A DNA stretch of 64,000 bases, taken from contig CAWKMU010000003.1 in NCBI GenBank assembly GCA_963850905.1, positions 928,001 through 992,000 of the forward strand, in the 5' to 3' direction. The notes below the pieces were generated by a model. It did not search any database. It was not told the DNA's origin and was given only the letters and a program-made list of their open reading frames with translations. The position numbers and the translations under genes are program-made. This stretch comes from an uncultured Gemmatimonadales bacterium (GTDB lineage Bacteria > Gemmatimonadota > Gemmatimonadetes > Gemmatimonadales > Gemmatimonadaceae). Each line of letters opens with the position of its first letter. Position 1 is the first letter of the stretch. Shown in pieces: positions 24,095 through 32,767 of this stretch.

Positions 24095-25335
24095 TCGATA
24101 CGCACCTTGTTGACGTTGTCCCACGCAGACATGTCTGAGATGATCACCTTGTCTCCAACCTTCAACCCGCCGCGGACCTCGATCGTCGTGACCGATGCGC
24201 GGCCAAAGTTCACAGGCTGGCGGACAGCGGTGTGACCATCCGCCTCTACCTTAAACAACCCGACGGTCGCATCGGTTTGCGCGAACGCAGGTCGTCCTAC
24301 ATAGAGGACATCGTCCAGGCGCTCAATCTGGATCGTTCCGTCGACACTCAGGTCGGGCCGAGCCCCTGGTGGGAGCGCGGCCGGTAGGGTCACATCGACG
24401 TTCACGGTACCATTGAGCACCACCGGGTCGATGCGCATCACCTTCCCCGTCACCACCCCGTTCCGGGTGTCTACGTCGACCGACTGCCCAATCGTCACGT
24501 CCTTTGCCTGGGTCTCAGGCACCTTGAGCACCGCCTTGAGGTGCCCTGGCTGCGCGACCTTGGCCAGCACCTGACCTGGCGTCACCCACTGCCCGAGCTC
24601 CCACGGCAGCTCTTGAAGTATTCCGCTGTCGCCCGCGACCACGTGCATTGAAGCGACGCGCTGGTTCTGAAACTCGACAATCGCCTTCAGACGGTCGATT
24701 TGCCGTTTCTGCACCTCGACCTGCTGGTCGATGCCATTCGTGAGCATCTTGACTTGGTCGCGTGCCGCGGCGACACGCGCATTCGCCTCGCGAATGCGGT
24801 CCGCCGAGCTGTCGACTTCCATCCGCGACGAAAATCCCTTCTTGTCGAGCGCCGCCAGTGCCACTGACTGGCGAGCCGCATTCGCCGAGTCTCGCACTGC
24901 CGTGGCGAGTGTGCTTTGCGCAGTCAGCTGCTCGTTGGAGAGCTGGGTCCCATTCGTGATCAGCTGCGATTGCGCGGCCGCGAGCTGCTGCTGTGCGGTC
25001 AGCGCCTCGAGCTGCACGTCGGGATTGCTCAGCACCAACAGCTCGGTGCTAGGCATGACCCTCGCACCAGGCCTGAGCGGCAACGCCTCGATGCGCCCCG
25101 CCGTCAGGGCAGAGATGAATCGGACCTGCTCCGGCTCGAGAGTGCCCGGTGCGCGCACCTGTCGCAGCATCGTGCCGCGGCGCACCGTGTCGACCATAAG
25201 CGTGCCTGCTTCGACGGAGGGCGGCCGCGACTCGAGTCGGCTGACGGCGATCGTGACGAAGACGAGCGCCACGAGGCCCGCTCCGGCGAGCACGTAGCGC
25301 TTCGTGCGTTTGGGTCGTTCTCTGGCAATGTCCAC
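24091..25335 (-). CDS. Efflux periplasmic adaptor (HlyD/MacA-type membrane fusion protein)
   Basis: N-terminal TM, VRAPGTL, coiled coil, ARPDLSVDG, GDKVIISDM; heads the ABC operon. Confidence 0.88.
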   Translation of the reverse strand: MDIARERPKRTKRYVLAGAGLVALVFVTIAVSRLESRPPSVEAGTLMVDTVRRGTMLRQVRAPGTLEPEQVRFISALTAGRIEALPLRPGARVMPSTELLVLSNPDVQLEALTAQQQLAAAQSQLITNGTQLSNEQLTAQSTLATAVRDSANAARQSVALAALDKKGFSSRMEVDSSADRIREANARVAAARDQVKMLTNGIDQQVEVQKRQIDRLKAIVEFQNQRVASMHVVAGDSGILQELPWELGQWVTPGQVLAKVAQPGHLKAVLKVPETQAKDVTIGQSVDVDTRNGVVTGKVMRIDPVVLNGTVNVDVTLPAALPPGARPDLSVDGTIQIERLDDVLYVGRPAFAQTDATVGLFKVEADGHTAVRQPVNFGRASVTTIEVRGGLKVGDKVIISDMSAWDNVNKVRIE

Positions 25336-25348
25336 GACTGTAGTATAG

Positions 25349-25363
25349 GGAAAAGGCAGGCCA
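25349..25363 (-). promoter_or_regulatory. Candidate sigma-54 promoter (-24/-12), with a candidate enhancer palindrome at 25459-25475
   Basis: TGGC-N7-TTCC (correct spacing, GC to CC mismatch at -12); imperfect palindrome TGTCCGATTTTGGGACG ~100 bp upstream; sigma-54 activator gene downstream of the operon. Confidence 0.4.
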
Positions 25364-25540
25364 GCCCGATACTGCTTTGCAAGCGTTTGCCGCCGAAGGC
25401 TTTATGCAACGGCAGCGGCCGCTCCAGCGGGTCGATTTTGTGCGTGACCGGGACCCCTCGTCCCAAAATCGGACAGGGTGGGCTGGGACGTTGGAGGGGC
25501 GGGTGACGCATGACGGGCGACGGCAACTACGCCTGCCATT

Positions 25541-25682
25541 CGGCGGGTAGGGGCGACGCAATGCGTCGCCCGTCGTTGGCGAACGGCGAACGCCGCCCGC
25601 GCGTGCATTTTGGGGCGTCCGACGGATTGTGGGTCGCATCGCCGCACCGTAGGGCGACGCACTGCGTCGCCCCTACCCGCCG
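25541..25682. repeat. Inverted pair of family-A GTAG REPs (REPIN-like)
   Basis: CGGCGGGTAGGGGCGACGCAATGCGTCGCCC (25541-25571) and reverse copy GGGCGACGCACTGCGTCGCCCCTACCCGCCG (25652-25682). Confidence 0.85.
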
Positions 25683-25782
25683 TTGTTAAGGGTCGTGGCC
25701 GTTTCCACCCGGCCCTATCTAGCGGCTGGGGCCGGGCTGGGGAATCTTTCGCTTCTCACGACAAACACTGGAGCATGAGACC

Positions 25783-26208
25783 ATGCCGACGCGTCGCGCG
25801 ACTGCCGTATGGGAAGGGGGGCTACAGCAGGGCAAGGGGACGGTGAAAACGGAGAGTGGGGCGCTCGACGTGCCATACTCCTTCAGCACGCGCTTTGGAA
25901 CGGTGAAGGGATCGAATCCAGAGGAACTGCTCGCCGCCGCAGAGGCCGCGTGCTACGCAATGGCGTTGAGCGCTGGCCTGGAGCGGGCAGGGACACCGGC
26001 AACGCGCATCGAGGCGGCCAGCTCGTGTACGATTGACAAGGTCGGTGATGCGTTCAAGATCACGACCTTGAAGCTGACGGTGCGCGCGTCCGTACCGGGC
26101 ATTGCGGCAGACGCGTTCCAGAAAGCTGCCCAGACCACGAAGGAGACCTGTCCAGTGTCAGGCGCACTCAAGAGCGTTCCGATCGAATTGGACGCGGCAC
26201 TCGTCTGA
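25783..26208 (+). CDS. osmC: OsmC family peroxiredoxin
   Basis: AVWEGGLQQGKG, YSFSTRF, SNPEELLAAAEAAC, CPVS; GGAG SD. Confidence 0.9.
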   Translation: MPTRRATAVWEGGLQQGKGTVKTESGALDVPYSFSTRFGTVKGSNPEELLAAAEAACYAMALSAGLERAGTPATRIEAASSCTIDKVGDAFKITTLKLTVRASVPGIAADAFQKAAQTTKETCPVSGALKSVPIELDAALV

Positions 26209-26268
26209 GCACACGCGTCGCGGGTCGTCAGTCGCTTTCGCCTTCCCAACATCTCATCGAGGGTCCGA

Positions 26269-26763
26269 ATGAGTCGTCGCATCGTCGGTAGCGTCGTGCT
26301 GTCGCTCGTCGTTGGAGTCGGGTCAGCCCGCGCGCAAACTCCATCGGGCGCGACGCCCGATCAGCAGCTTCTGCAGGGTGTGGCCAATCTCAATCAGGGC
26401 GTCGCGCTCCTCGCACACGAGACGATGCATCGGCCGGGGACGTTCCCGTCCAAGACCGACGCGCAGGGCGTCGATAAGCTGCACGACGATCAAATGGACC
26501 ACATCCACGCCGCACTCGGCATGCTCAACGACGCGTACACGCCGAAGGCGTCGCACGCCGACTCGGCCCGCGCGGCGGCGCTCGGCAAGCAATCAGGTGC
26601 GGCCTACGACAGCGCCTTCCGCGCCAATGTGGTGCAGCTCGATGACCAGGCGATTCAGATGATCGACAAGTACATGTCGCAGCTCACAAACGCCCAGATC
26701 AAGACGATGGCCCAGCGGCTGCGCGACGCGGACGCCGCGGAGGTGAAGAAGCTGGGCGGCTAG
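26269..26763 (+). CDS. Secreted DUF305-like (ferritin-like) protein
   Basis: Signal peptide ending ARAQ; AYDSAF..QAIQMID..IKTMAQRL..AEV pattern. Confidence 0.55.
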   Translation: MSRRIVGSVVLSLVVGVGSARAQTPSGATPDQQLLQGVANLNQGVALLAHETMHRPGTFPSKTDAQGVDKLHDDQMDHIHAALGMLNDAYTPKASHADSARAAALGKQSGAAYDSAFRANVVQLDDQAIQMIDKYMSQLTNAQIKTMAQRLRDADAAEVKKLGG

Positions 26764-27398
26764 TCGCCGAGCCCGTGTTGCAGCGTCGCCGCCTTGCTCC
26801 GCATCACTAGCGCCAACCCTGCGATCACGCACACCAGGATCACTCCCCAAATCACGACCCACTCGGCCGCCGTGGTGGTATGCGCGATCGACATAGCGGC
26901 GGGATTCGCACGCTCGTCTGAGCCGCCACCCATGCCCGGCATACCGGCCATGCCGGTGTCCTTCGCGGAACCCCCGGCGGTGGTAGCCGCCGTCGTGACA
27001 GCGCCCACGACGAGATCGGCACGCGCGGTGACGTCACCGTCCGACGCGATCACGACGAGTGTGTAGGGACCGGCTGGCACGTTCTTCGGCACCATCAGCG
27101 ACATCTGGAACGCGCCCGCAGTGTCCGTATGCACGGCGCCCACGGGGAAGTTGTCCAGTACCCCCCGCAACTCGAGGTTGAGCGCAGAGCTCTTGGGCAG
27201 TTTTTCGCCGCGCACATCGACGGAACCGCCGATGGCCACCTGATGACTCGATACGTGAATAGCTCCCGTTTCGTGCGCCGACGCGGGAGACGTGGGCGAG
27301 AGAACTAGTCCAACGCCGGCTGCGGCGACAGCGGCAACGAGATGGGGAAGGCGCATAGAAGGGCGAGCTGGAGTCGAGGATCGGGAGATGTGAGACAT
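26760..27398 (-). CDS. Hypothetical exported protein with N-terminal His, Met/Gly linker and C-terminal TM anchor
   Basis: Signal peptide ending ASA-HE, Ig-like beta segment, GMAGMPGMG, terminal TM helix; start may be 27356. Confidence 0.65.
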   Translation of the reverse strand: MSHISRSSTPARPSMRLPHLVAAVAAAGVGLVLSPTSPASAHETGAIHVSSHQVAIGGSVDVRGEKLPKSSALNLELRGVLDNFPVGAVHTDTAGAFQMSLMVPKNVPAGPYTLVVIASDGDVTARADLVVGAVTTAATTAGGSAKDTGMAGMPGMGGGSDERANPAAMSIAHTTTAAEWVVIWGVILVCVIAGLALVMRSKAATLQHGLGD

Positions 27399-27491
27399 TG
27401 GAGGTTAGACGCTGGATAACAAACCTCGGGGCGAGCTAAACGCGCCGTGGCTGGCCTTTTGTCTCCAGCGTCCAACGTCTAACGTCTCATC
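27385..27491. repeat. Heptamer-armed inverted-repeat element (TAGACGC-type)
   Basis: GAGATGT GAGACAT TGGAGGT TAGACGC TGGATA-ACAAACC...TTTGT-CTCCAGCGTCCAACGTCTAACGTCTC. Confidence 0.75.
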
Positions 27492-27499
27492 CGTTGCAC

Positions 27500-28558
27500 T
27501 CACATTTTCATTCCAAGATGGGACATCTGCGGGGCGAAGAATCCGTAGATGATGCCGCCGACATAGAAGACGAGAATGAGCAGCGCGAAGGCCGTGACGA
27601 GGCGGGGGCGGGGTCGACCCTCTCGAGGCCGGTCGATGAGCGGCACGAGAAAGAGAAAACCGAATATCACGATGGGAGCGAAGATCATGCCCGTCATCCC
27701 CATGGTGTTTTCGACGACATAGATCCAGAGGAACGGCCAGTACGGTTTGGTGACTTCGTAGCCCGCCACTGCCGGATACCCGATGTGCGGAGGGAACACG
27801 ACCGCGAGGATGCCGGCGAGTCCCACGAGGAGCAGTGCATAGCCCGTGAGTTTGGGCAAGTGCTCGGAGAAGCGGCTCGTCTTCGGCTGCGGCGAATTGA
27901 TGCCGATCATGCGGATGAGCCAGAAGTGCAGCGCGACGAGCGCGAGCAGCAGGATCGGCAACAAGCTCACGTGCGCGCTGTGCATCCGGCTGATGAGGTT
28001 CGTGCTCTGGGCAAAGTCGGGACTCATGGGTGCGCCGAGCGGCCCCGAGATCTTCGCACCCGCCACAGCGTGCGCCAACGCCTCAGCCCCCTCCTCATCC
28101 CCTCGCAGCACGGTGCCGGTGAAAGCCATGGCGAACAGCACAATCGCGAGGGCGACCCCGGCCCACCAAGTCATCTCGCGCGGTTTGACGTAGCTGCGAC
28201 GCCAGAACACCCAGCACAGGTGAAAGAACACAGTCACCAACACAATGCTGGCGCCCCAGTAGTGGAGACCGCGGATCCAGTACCCCAGCGGCACCTTCGT
28301 CATGATGTACACGACGCTGTCGTGCGCAGCGACCGGATCGGGGTTGTAGAACTGGTCCAGCACGATCCCGGTGGCGATGAGCAGCAGGATACCGGCAAGC
28401 GTGAGCCCGCCCAGCATGTAGGCGAGCCGGTTCGCCTCGGGCGCGATCGGGTAGTCGAGCCCCTCGAGCGCGAGACGCTCCCGCGCTACACTGGAGACCG
28501 CATTGGCCGGCGGCGTGCCGGATGTGCGCGTGCCGACGGGCAGCTCGGCGATGGACAA
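27500..28558 (-). CDS. Cytochrome b (QcrB/PetB-like), no Rieske or cytochrome c partner nearby
   Basis: YMLGG, RGLHYWGAS..VFFHL, PREMTWWAG, SAHVSLLP..ALHFWL heme ligands. Confidence 0.85.
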   Translation of the reverse strand: MSIAELPVGTRTSGTPPANAVSSVARERLALEGLDYPIAPEANRLAYMLGGLTLAGILLLIATGIVLDQFYNPDPVAAHDSVVYIMTKVPLGYWIRGLHYWGASIVLVTVFFHLCWVFWRRSYVKPREMTWWAGVALAIVLFAMAFTGTVLRGDEEGAEALAHAVAGAKISGPLGAPMSPDFAQSTNLISRMHSAHVSLLPILLLALVALHFWLIRMIGINSPQPKTSRFSEHLPKLTGYALLLVGLAGILAVVFPPHIGYPAVAGYEVTKPYWPFLWIYVVENTMGMTGMIFAPIVIFGFLFLVPLIDRPREGRPRPRLVTAFALLILVFYVGGIIYGFFAPQMSHLGMKM

Positions 28559-28630
28559 GGTCGCTCCGGATGAAACGGTGGAGCGGAAAAATCTAGTGTC
28601 GGGCGCTTCTCACACGAGAGGTGGAAACGA

Positions 28631-28737
28631 CCGGGTTCCGGGTTCCGGGTTCCGGGTGGCACAAACCGCTAAGGCCAGTCGCAGCGGTGTGACTGGCCTT
28701 TCGATTTTGTTCCGGAACCCGAGACCCGGAACCCGGC
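28631..28737. repeat. Heptamer-armed inverted-repeat element (CCGGGTT arms)
   Basis: (CCGGGTT)x3 CCGGGTGGC-ACAAACC..AAGGCCAGTC/GACTGGCCTT..TTTGT-TCCGGAACCCGAGACCCGGAACCCGG. Confidence 0.85.
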
Positions 28738-28740
28738 CGT

Positions 28741-29361
28741 TCAGACCTTCGTCTCTCCCCCCACCTTCTCCACCTCACTGGCCGCTTTTTCGAGTATCTC
28801 CCGGATGCGGTGCAGCTGCACCGGATCTTTTAGCCGCGTCGCGGTGGCGTAGGTCGCACGAGCAACCGACTTGAACGCCTGATGGACCTCGACCATCTGC
28901 GGTCCGAAAAAGCTCGTCGCAAAGCCGGCAATGCGGTCGAAGATCTCGTCGACGGCACCCTTGTTTGCCTCGAGGTAGGCTCGGCCCTCCGCTGTGATCT
29001 CGTAGATCTTCTTCCCACCCTCCTCCGCGGTCCCATGGGCGTAGCCTAGATCCTCCAGCATCGTGAGCGTCGGATACACCGCGCCCGGGCTGGGCGAGTA
29101 GGCGCCGCCCAACCGATCTTCGAGTGCCTTGATGATCTCATAGCCGTGGCGCGGCTTCTCGCTGAGGAGCTGCAGAATCACGTACTTGAGATCGCCCTGC
29201 TCGAACATGCGCGAGCGGAACCCGCCCCACCGTCCGCCCCCTTTCCCACCAGGTCCGCCCCAGAATCCGGCGCCCCACGGGCCGCCTCCTCCAAAGCCCC
29301 AACCCCACGAGTCCCGACTCCCGCGCGGTGAGCATCCTTGCCGTTCCCAGTCTCTGAACAT
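28741..29361 (-). CDS. PadR family transcriptional regulator with Gly-rich N-terminus
   Basis: GDLKYVIL..PRHGYEIIK..YSPSPGAVYPTL..KKIYEIT; GGAGGGG SD before ATG 29361. Confidence 0.92.
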   Translation of the reverse strand: MFRDWERQGCSPRGSRDSWGWGFGGGGPWGAGFWGGPGGKGGGRWGGFRSRMFEQGDLKYVILQLLSEKPRHGYEIIKALEDRLGGAYSPSPGAVYPTLTMLEDLGYAHGTAEEGGKKIYEITAEGRAYLEANKGAVDEIFDRIAGFATSFFGPQMVEVHQAFKSVARATYATATRLKDPVQLHRIREILEKAASEVEKVGGETKV

Positions 29362-29391
29362 CGCCCGTCCCCTCCGTAAAGTAATTACGTG

Positions 29392-29413
29392 CGATATATC
29401 TTCGATATATCTT
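29392..29413. promoter_or_regulatory. Candidate PadR operator
   Basis: CGATATATCTT x2 tandem, each containing palindrome GATATATC, 30 bp upstream of padR start. Confidence 0.65.
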
Positions 29414-29508
29414 AGGGCCGGCGAAGAGGCATTGCAAGGGTTGGACGCGTCTAACTTCTCACCCCCGCTTTTGGCTATCCTTACTGCCCAACCCCTTACC
29501 CGTACACT

Positions 29509-30438
29509 ATGCGCACCACGCTCGCGGTCATCCTTGCTGTTGTGGCGGGCGGAGCCGTCGCTCGACGCCACGTGCTCGTCACCGAACTCGACGCCGTCCG
29601 ACATGTCGGACCAGCCGCCACGAGCTCGAGTGGCATCGGGACCGTTGCCGCGCTTCCACCATCGGCGGCCAGCGCAGCTGAGCAACTCGCCAAATCACCG
29701 CGGCATCGCGAGTACGTGATGATTCCGACACCCGGCGTGCCGGGCGACAGCATCCGGGCGTGGGTGTTCTATCCACAAGTAAACCACAAGGTGCCCGTGG
29801 TCGTGGTTATCCACGAGATTTTCGGGATGAGTACATGGATCAAAGCGGTCGGTGATCAGATCGCGGCAGATGGCTATATCGCGATCGTCCCCGACCTCAT
29901 TCACCGCAACCTGCCGCCACAGGCCCCGGACACGATGATTCCCGATGAGGGGGTGCGCGCGGTGCGCGCGCTTCAAGCGGCCGACGTCCAACGCGATCTC
30001 GATGCCGCCGCCGCCTACGCCACGCGCCTGCCGAGTGCGCTCCCCGTCTACGCAACGGTCGGATTCTGCTGGGGCGGGGGCACCTCCTTCGCCCACGCCG
30101 TCCACCAGCCCGCGGTCGCCGGCGGTCCCGCACTCAAGGCCACGGTCGTCTACTACGGACCGACTCCGGACTCGACGCAGTTGGGCAGTGCGCGTGATCC
30201 CGTGCTCGGCCTGTATGGCGGCAACGACGCCCGCATCTCATCAACGGTCCCCGGCACGGATTCGGCCATGGAGCGCCTGCACAAGACGTACGCGTTCAAG
30301 ATCTACGACGGCGCCGGTCACGGCTTCCTCCGCGCGCAGGACGACGCCCACGACACGCAGGGGACGGCAAACGCCGACGCCGCGCGCGACGCATGGCCGC
30401 GTACGTTGCAGTGGTTCCACCAATACCTGGGCGCCTGA
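29509..30438 (+). CDS. Dienelactone hydrolase family protein
   Basis: VIHEIFG, GFCWGG, YGGNDARI, GAGHGF. Confidence 0.9.
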   Translation: MRTTLAVILAVVAGGAVARRHVLVTELDAVRHVGPAATSSSGIGTVAALPPSAASAAEQLAKSPRHREYVMIPTPGVPGDSIRAWVFYPQVNHKVPVVVVIHEIFGMSTWIKAVGDQIAADGYIAIVPDLIHRNLPPQAPDTMIPDEGVRAVRALQAADVQRDLDAAAAYATRLPSALPVYATVGFCWGGGTSFAHAVHQPAVAGGPALKATVVYYGPTPDSTQLGSARDPVLGLYGGNDARISSTVPGTDSAMERLHKTYAFKIYDGAGHGFLRAQDDAHDTQGTANADAARDAWPRTLQWFHQYLGA

Positions 30439-30986
30439 TGCGATACGCCTATGCTGCCTCGTTCTTGCTCGGGTTGTTGCTTGGCGTCCGCGCCATGCTG
30501 CACGGCGTGGAACGCCCGGCGAAGTCGCGCTCTCCGCTCGATCCGAACGCGACCTCCGGGCGGCGCTTCGCCCTCAATCTCCCGACCGCCGCCGGGTTCG
30601 CCACAGCGTTTGGATTGACCGGCTACCTCCTCGCGCGACTCACCGGGCTGGGCGTGGCGGTCGATCTGGTGATCGCCTCCGTCGCCGGGGCGGCCGGGGC
30701 CGTCGGGATCCTGCTGCTGATTGCGGCGTGGGCAATTCCCGCAGCGAAGGCAGAGGTGACCGATGAACGGTATCTCATGCAGGGTGCACTCGCCCGCGTG
30801 ATCGGCGTCACCGATCGGGGCGCGTCTGGCACGGTAACCTATGCGTCGGGTGGCGTCTCGTTCACGACCGGCGCGACTGCCCTGGACGGGACTCGTCTGG
30901 AAGTCGGCAGCGAGGTCGTCATCGAACGCATTGAGAATGGGGTGGCGTTCGTCGAGCCATGGGCTCACGTGGAAGCGCGCCTATAG
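30438..30986 (+). CDS. NfeD-like membrane protein
   Basis: 3-4 TM segments plus C-terminal OB-fold-like GSEVVIERIENGVAFVEPW; TGATG coupling. Confidence 0.7.
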   Translation: MRYAYAASFLLGLLLGVRAMLHGVERPAKSRSPLDPNATSGRRFALNLPTAAGFATAFGLTGYLLARLTGLGVAVDLVIASVAGAAGAVGILLLIAAWAIPAAKAEVTDERYLMQGALARVIGVTDRGASGTVTYASGGVSFTTGATALDGTRLEVGSEVVIERIENGVAFVEPWAHVEARL

Positions 30987-31130
30987 ATTGATTGGTGTGC
31001 GGCCGCACCAGCGCGGCACGGCACATGCCGGTGCAGGTGCAGGGCGGCTTGTAGGAGCGAGGCATGTCTCGCCCTCTGCCGCCCGCGTCGTCGGGGGGTG
31101 TTGGATCGGTCGATGCCCCGGGAGGAGCAG

Positions 31131-31427
31131 ATGTCCGACGCTACCATCTTCATCCTGGTGTTCGGCGGGCTGTTCCTGCTCCGCGCCCTCGCCGCGACGG
31201 TTGTGTTTTTCTACATCATCCCCCGCGGCGACCGTTGCCCCAATTGCGACGCCGCTACGGCGCGGGTGCAGACCGGACGCTGGAATCGCCTCATCCCATC
31301 ACTTCGCTCGAGCTGGTGCATGGAGTGCGGCTGGAGCGGAATGCTGCGCCATGGCCCACTCACGCCGAGGGATGAGGGCCTGCTGGCCGAGACCGCGCGG
31401 ACGAAGGGCCTGGGTGTGAGGGAGTGA
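31131..31427 (+). CDS. Small membrane-anchored zinc-ribbon protein
   Basis: GGAGG SD; N-terminal TM; CPNC...CMEC. Confidence 0.7.
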   Translation: MSDATIFILVFGGLFLLRALAATVVFFYIIPRGDRCPNCDAATARVQTGRWNRLIPSLRSSWCMECGWSGMLRHGPLTPRDEGLLAETARTKGLGVRE

Positions 31428-31514
31428 AAGAGATCGGGTGACGGGCGGCGGGCGCTAAAGCGTCCGCCGCCCGCCACACCGTAACCCGTAACCCGGCTCT
31501 TTAGTCCCTCCAGT

Positions 31515-32762
31515 GTGCGCACCAGCCCAACCCGCATTCGCCAACTCGACGTGCTGCGAGGCGTAGCCGTTGTGCTCGTGCTCGGCCGCCACATGGGCGG
31601 AGTGCCGCTCGACGTTCCCTTTGTGGCACAGAGTGCGCTCGTTCTCTGGCTTCGAACAGGCTGGATCGGCGTCGATCTCTTTTTCGTCTTGAGCGGCTTT
31701 CTCGTCTCGGGCCTGTTATTCCGCGAGTACGGCCGCCTGGGCGAGGTCCACGCGGGGCGGTTCCTCGTCCGACGGGGACTTCGGATTTACCCCGCCTTTT
31801 ACATCTTCCTGATCTCGACCTCGATCGCGACTGGTACGGTTGGCACCCGCCAGTTCCTCGCTGACGCCTCGTTCGTGCAGAACTACATCCCCGGGTTGTG
31901 GGACCACACCTGGACGCTGGCGGTGGAAGAGCACTTCTATCTCCTCCTCGCGCTGCTCGTTGCGGTCCTCGTGCGGCGCGACGCCGCCCGCTCGACCCGG
32001 GGGACCGAGTCCCGGGGCGGGCGAGATCCATTCTTCGTAATCGTCCCGATATTCGCGGCGGTCGCGCTCACGGAGCTTGTATTGCGCATCGCGACGGCGC
32101 GATACGGCAAGCCCTACTTTGCCCATCATCTCTACCCGACACATCTGAGACTCGACAGCCTGCTCTTCGGCGTGCTACTCGAGTACCTGGTCTGGTCGCG
32201 CGGTCAGTCGGTGTGGGCGTGGGTGCGCGCACATCAACCGCTCCTCGTGCTCACGAGCATCGTCTGCCTCGCACCGCCCTGCTTCCTGCCAGCGACCGAT
32301 CCCTTCATGGAAACGGCGGGGTTCACACTCCTCTATATCGGCTTCGGCGCGGTCCTGATGCTGGCACTGCGCCCGGCCCCGGAGGCGAACGCGCATGCCA
32401 CGCACGACGCGAAAGCCCAGCCCAGGACGGTTGGATCTTGGCGACGGGTCGTTGACGGTTGCACGCCCGTCCCGCACCGGGCTGCCTCCGTGCTGGCGTG
32501 GATCGGCGTCTACTCCTATTCGATTTATCTCTGGCACCTCGCCGTCAAGAAGTGGGCGGTCCCCGCCATTGTCCGGACGCTGGGCGCTCACGAGGGCGGC
32601 ATCGTAGCGTTGCTCGTGTACCTGGGCGCGTCGCTGCTCACGGGTGTCGCCATGGCCCGCCTGATCGAGATCCCGACGCTGGCCCTGCGGGACCGCTGGC
32701 TCCCTGGTGTCGCGACACTGCAGGTCCCGCCCGCGGAGCGCCGTGACGACTTGGCTGCATAA
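31515..32762 (+). CDS. Acyltransferase family 3 (OafA-like O-acyltransferase)
   Basis: LDVLRGVAV, GVDLFFVLSGFL, HTWTLAVEEHFY, SYSIYLWH. Confidence 0.92.
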   Translation: MRTSPTRIRQLDVLRGVAVVLVLGRHMGGVPLDVPFVAQSALVLWLRTGWIGVDLFFVLSGFLVSGLLFREYGRLGEVHAGRFLVRRGLRIYPAFYIFLISTSIATGTVGTRQFLADASFVQNYIPGLWDHTWTLAVEEHFYLLLALLVAVLVRRDAARSTRGTESRGGRDPFFVIVPIFAAVALTELVLRIATARYGKPYFAHHLYPTHLRLDSLLFGVLLEYLVWSRGQSVWAWVRAHQPLLVLTSIVCLAPPCFLPATDPFMETAGFTLLYIGFGAVLMLALRPAPEANAHATHDAKAQPRTVGSWRRVVDGCTPVPHRAASVLAWIGVYSYSIYLWHLAVKKWAVPAIVRTLGAHEGGIVALLVYLGASLLTGVAMARLIEIPTLALRDRWLPGVATLQVPPAERRDDLAA

Positions 32763-32767
32763 AGGCG

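Noticed and set aside
29362..29685. Extended PadR N-terminus
   Set aside because: Overlaps the divergent hydrolase gene and the operator; a strong SD precedes ATG 29361
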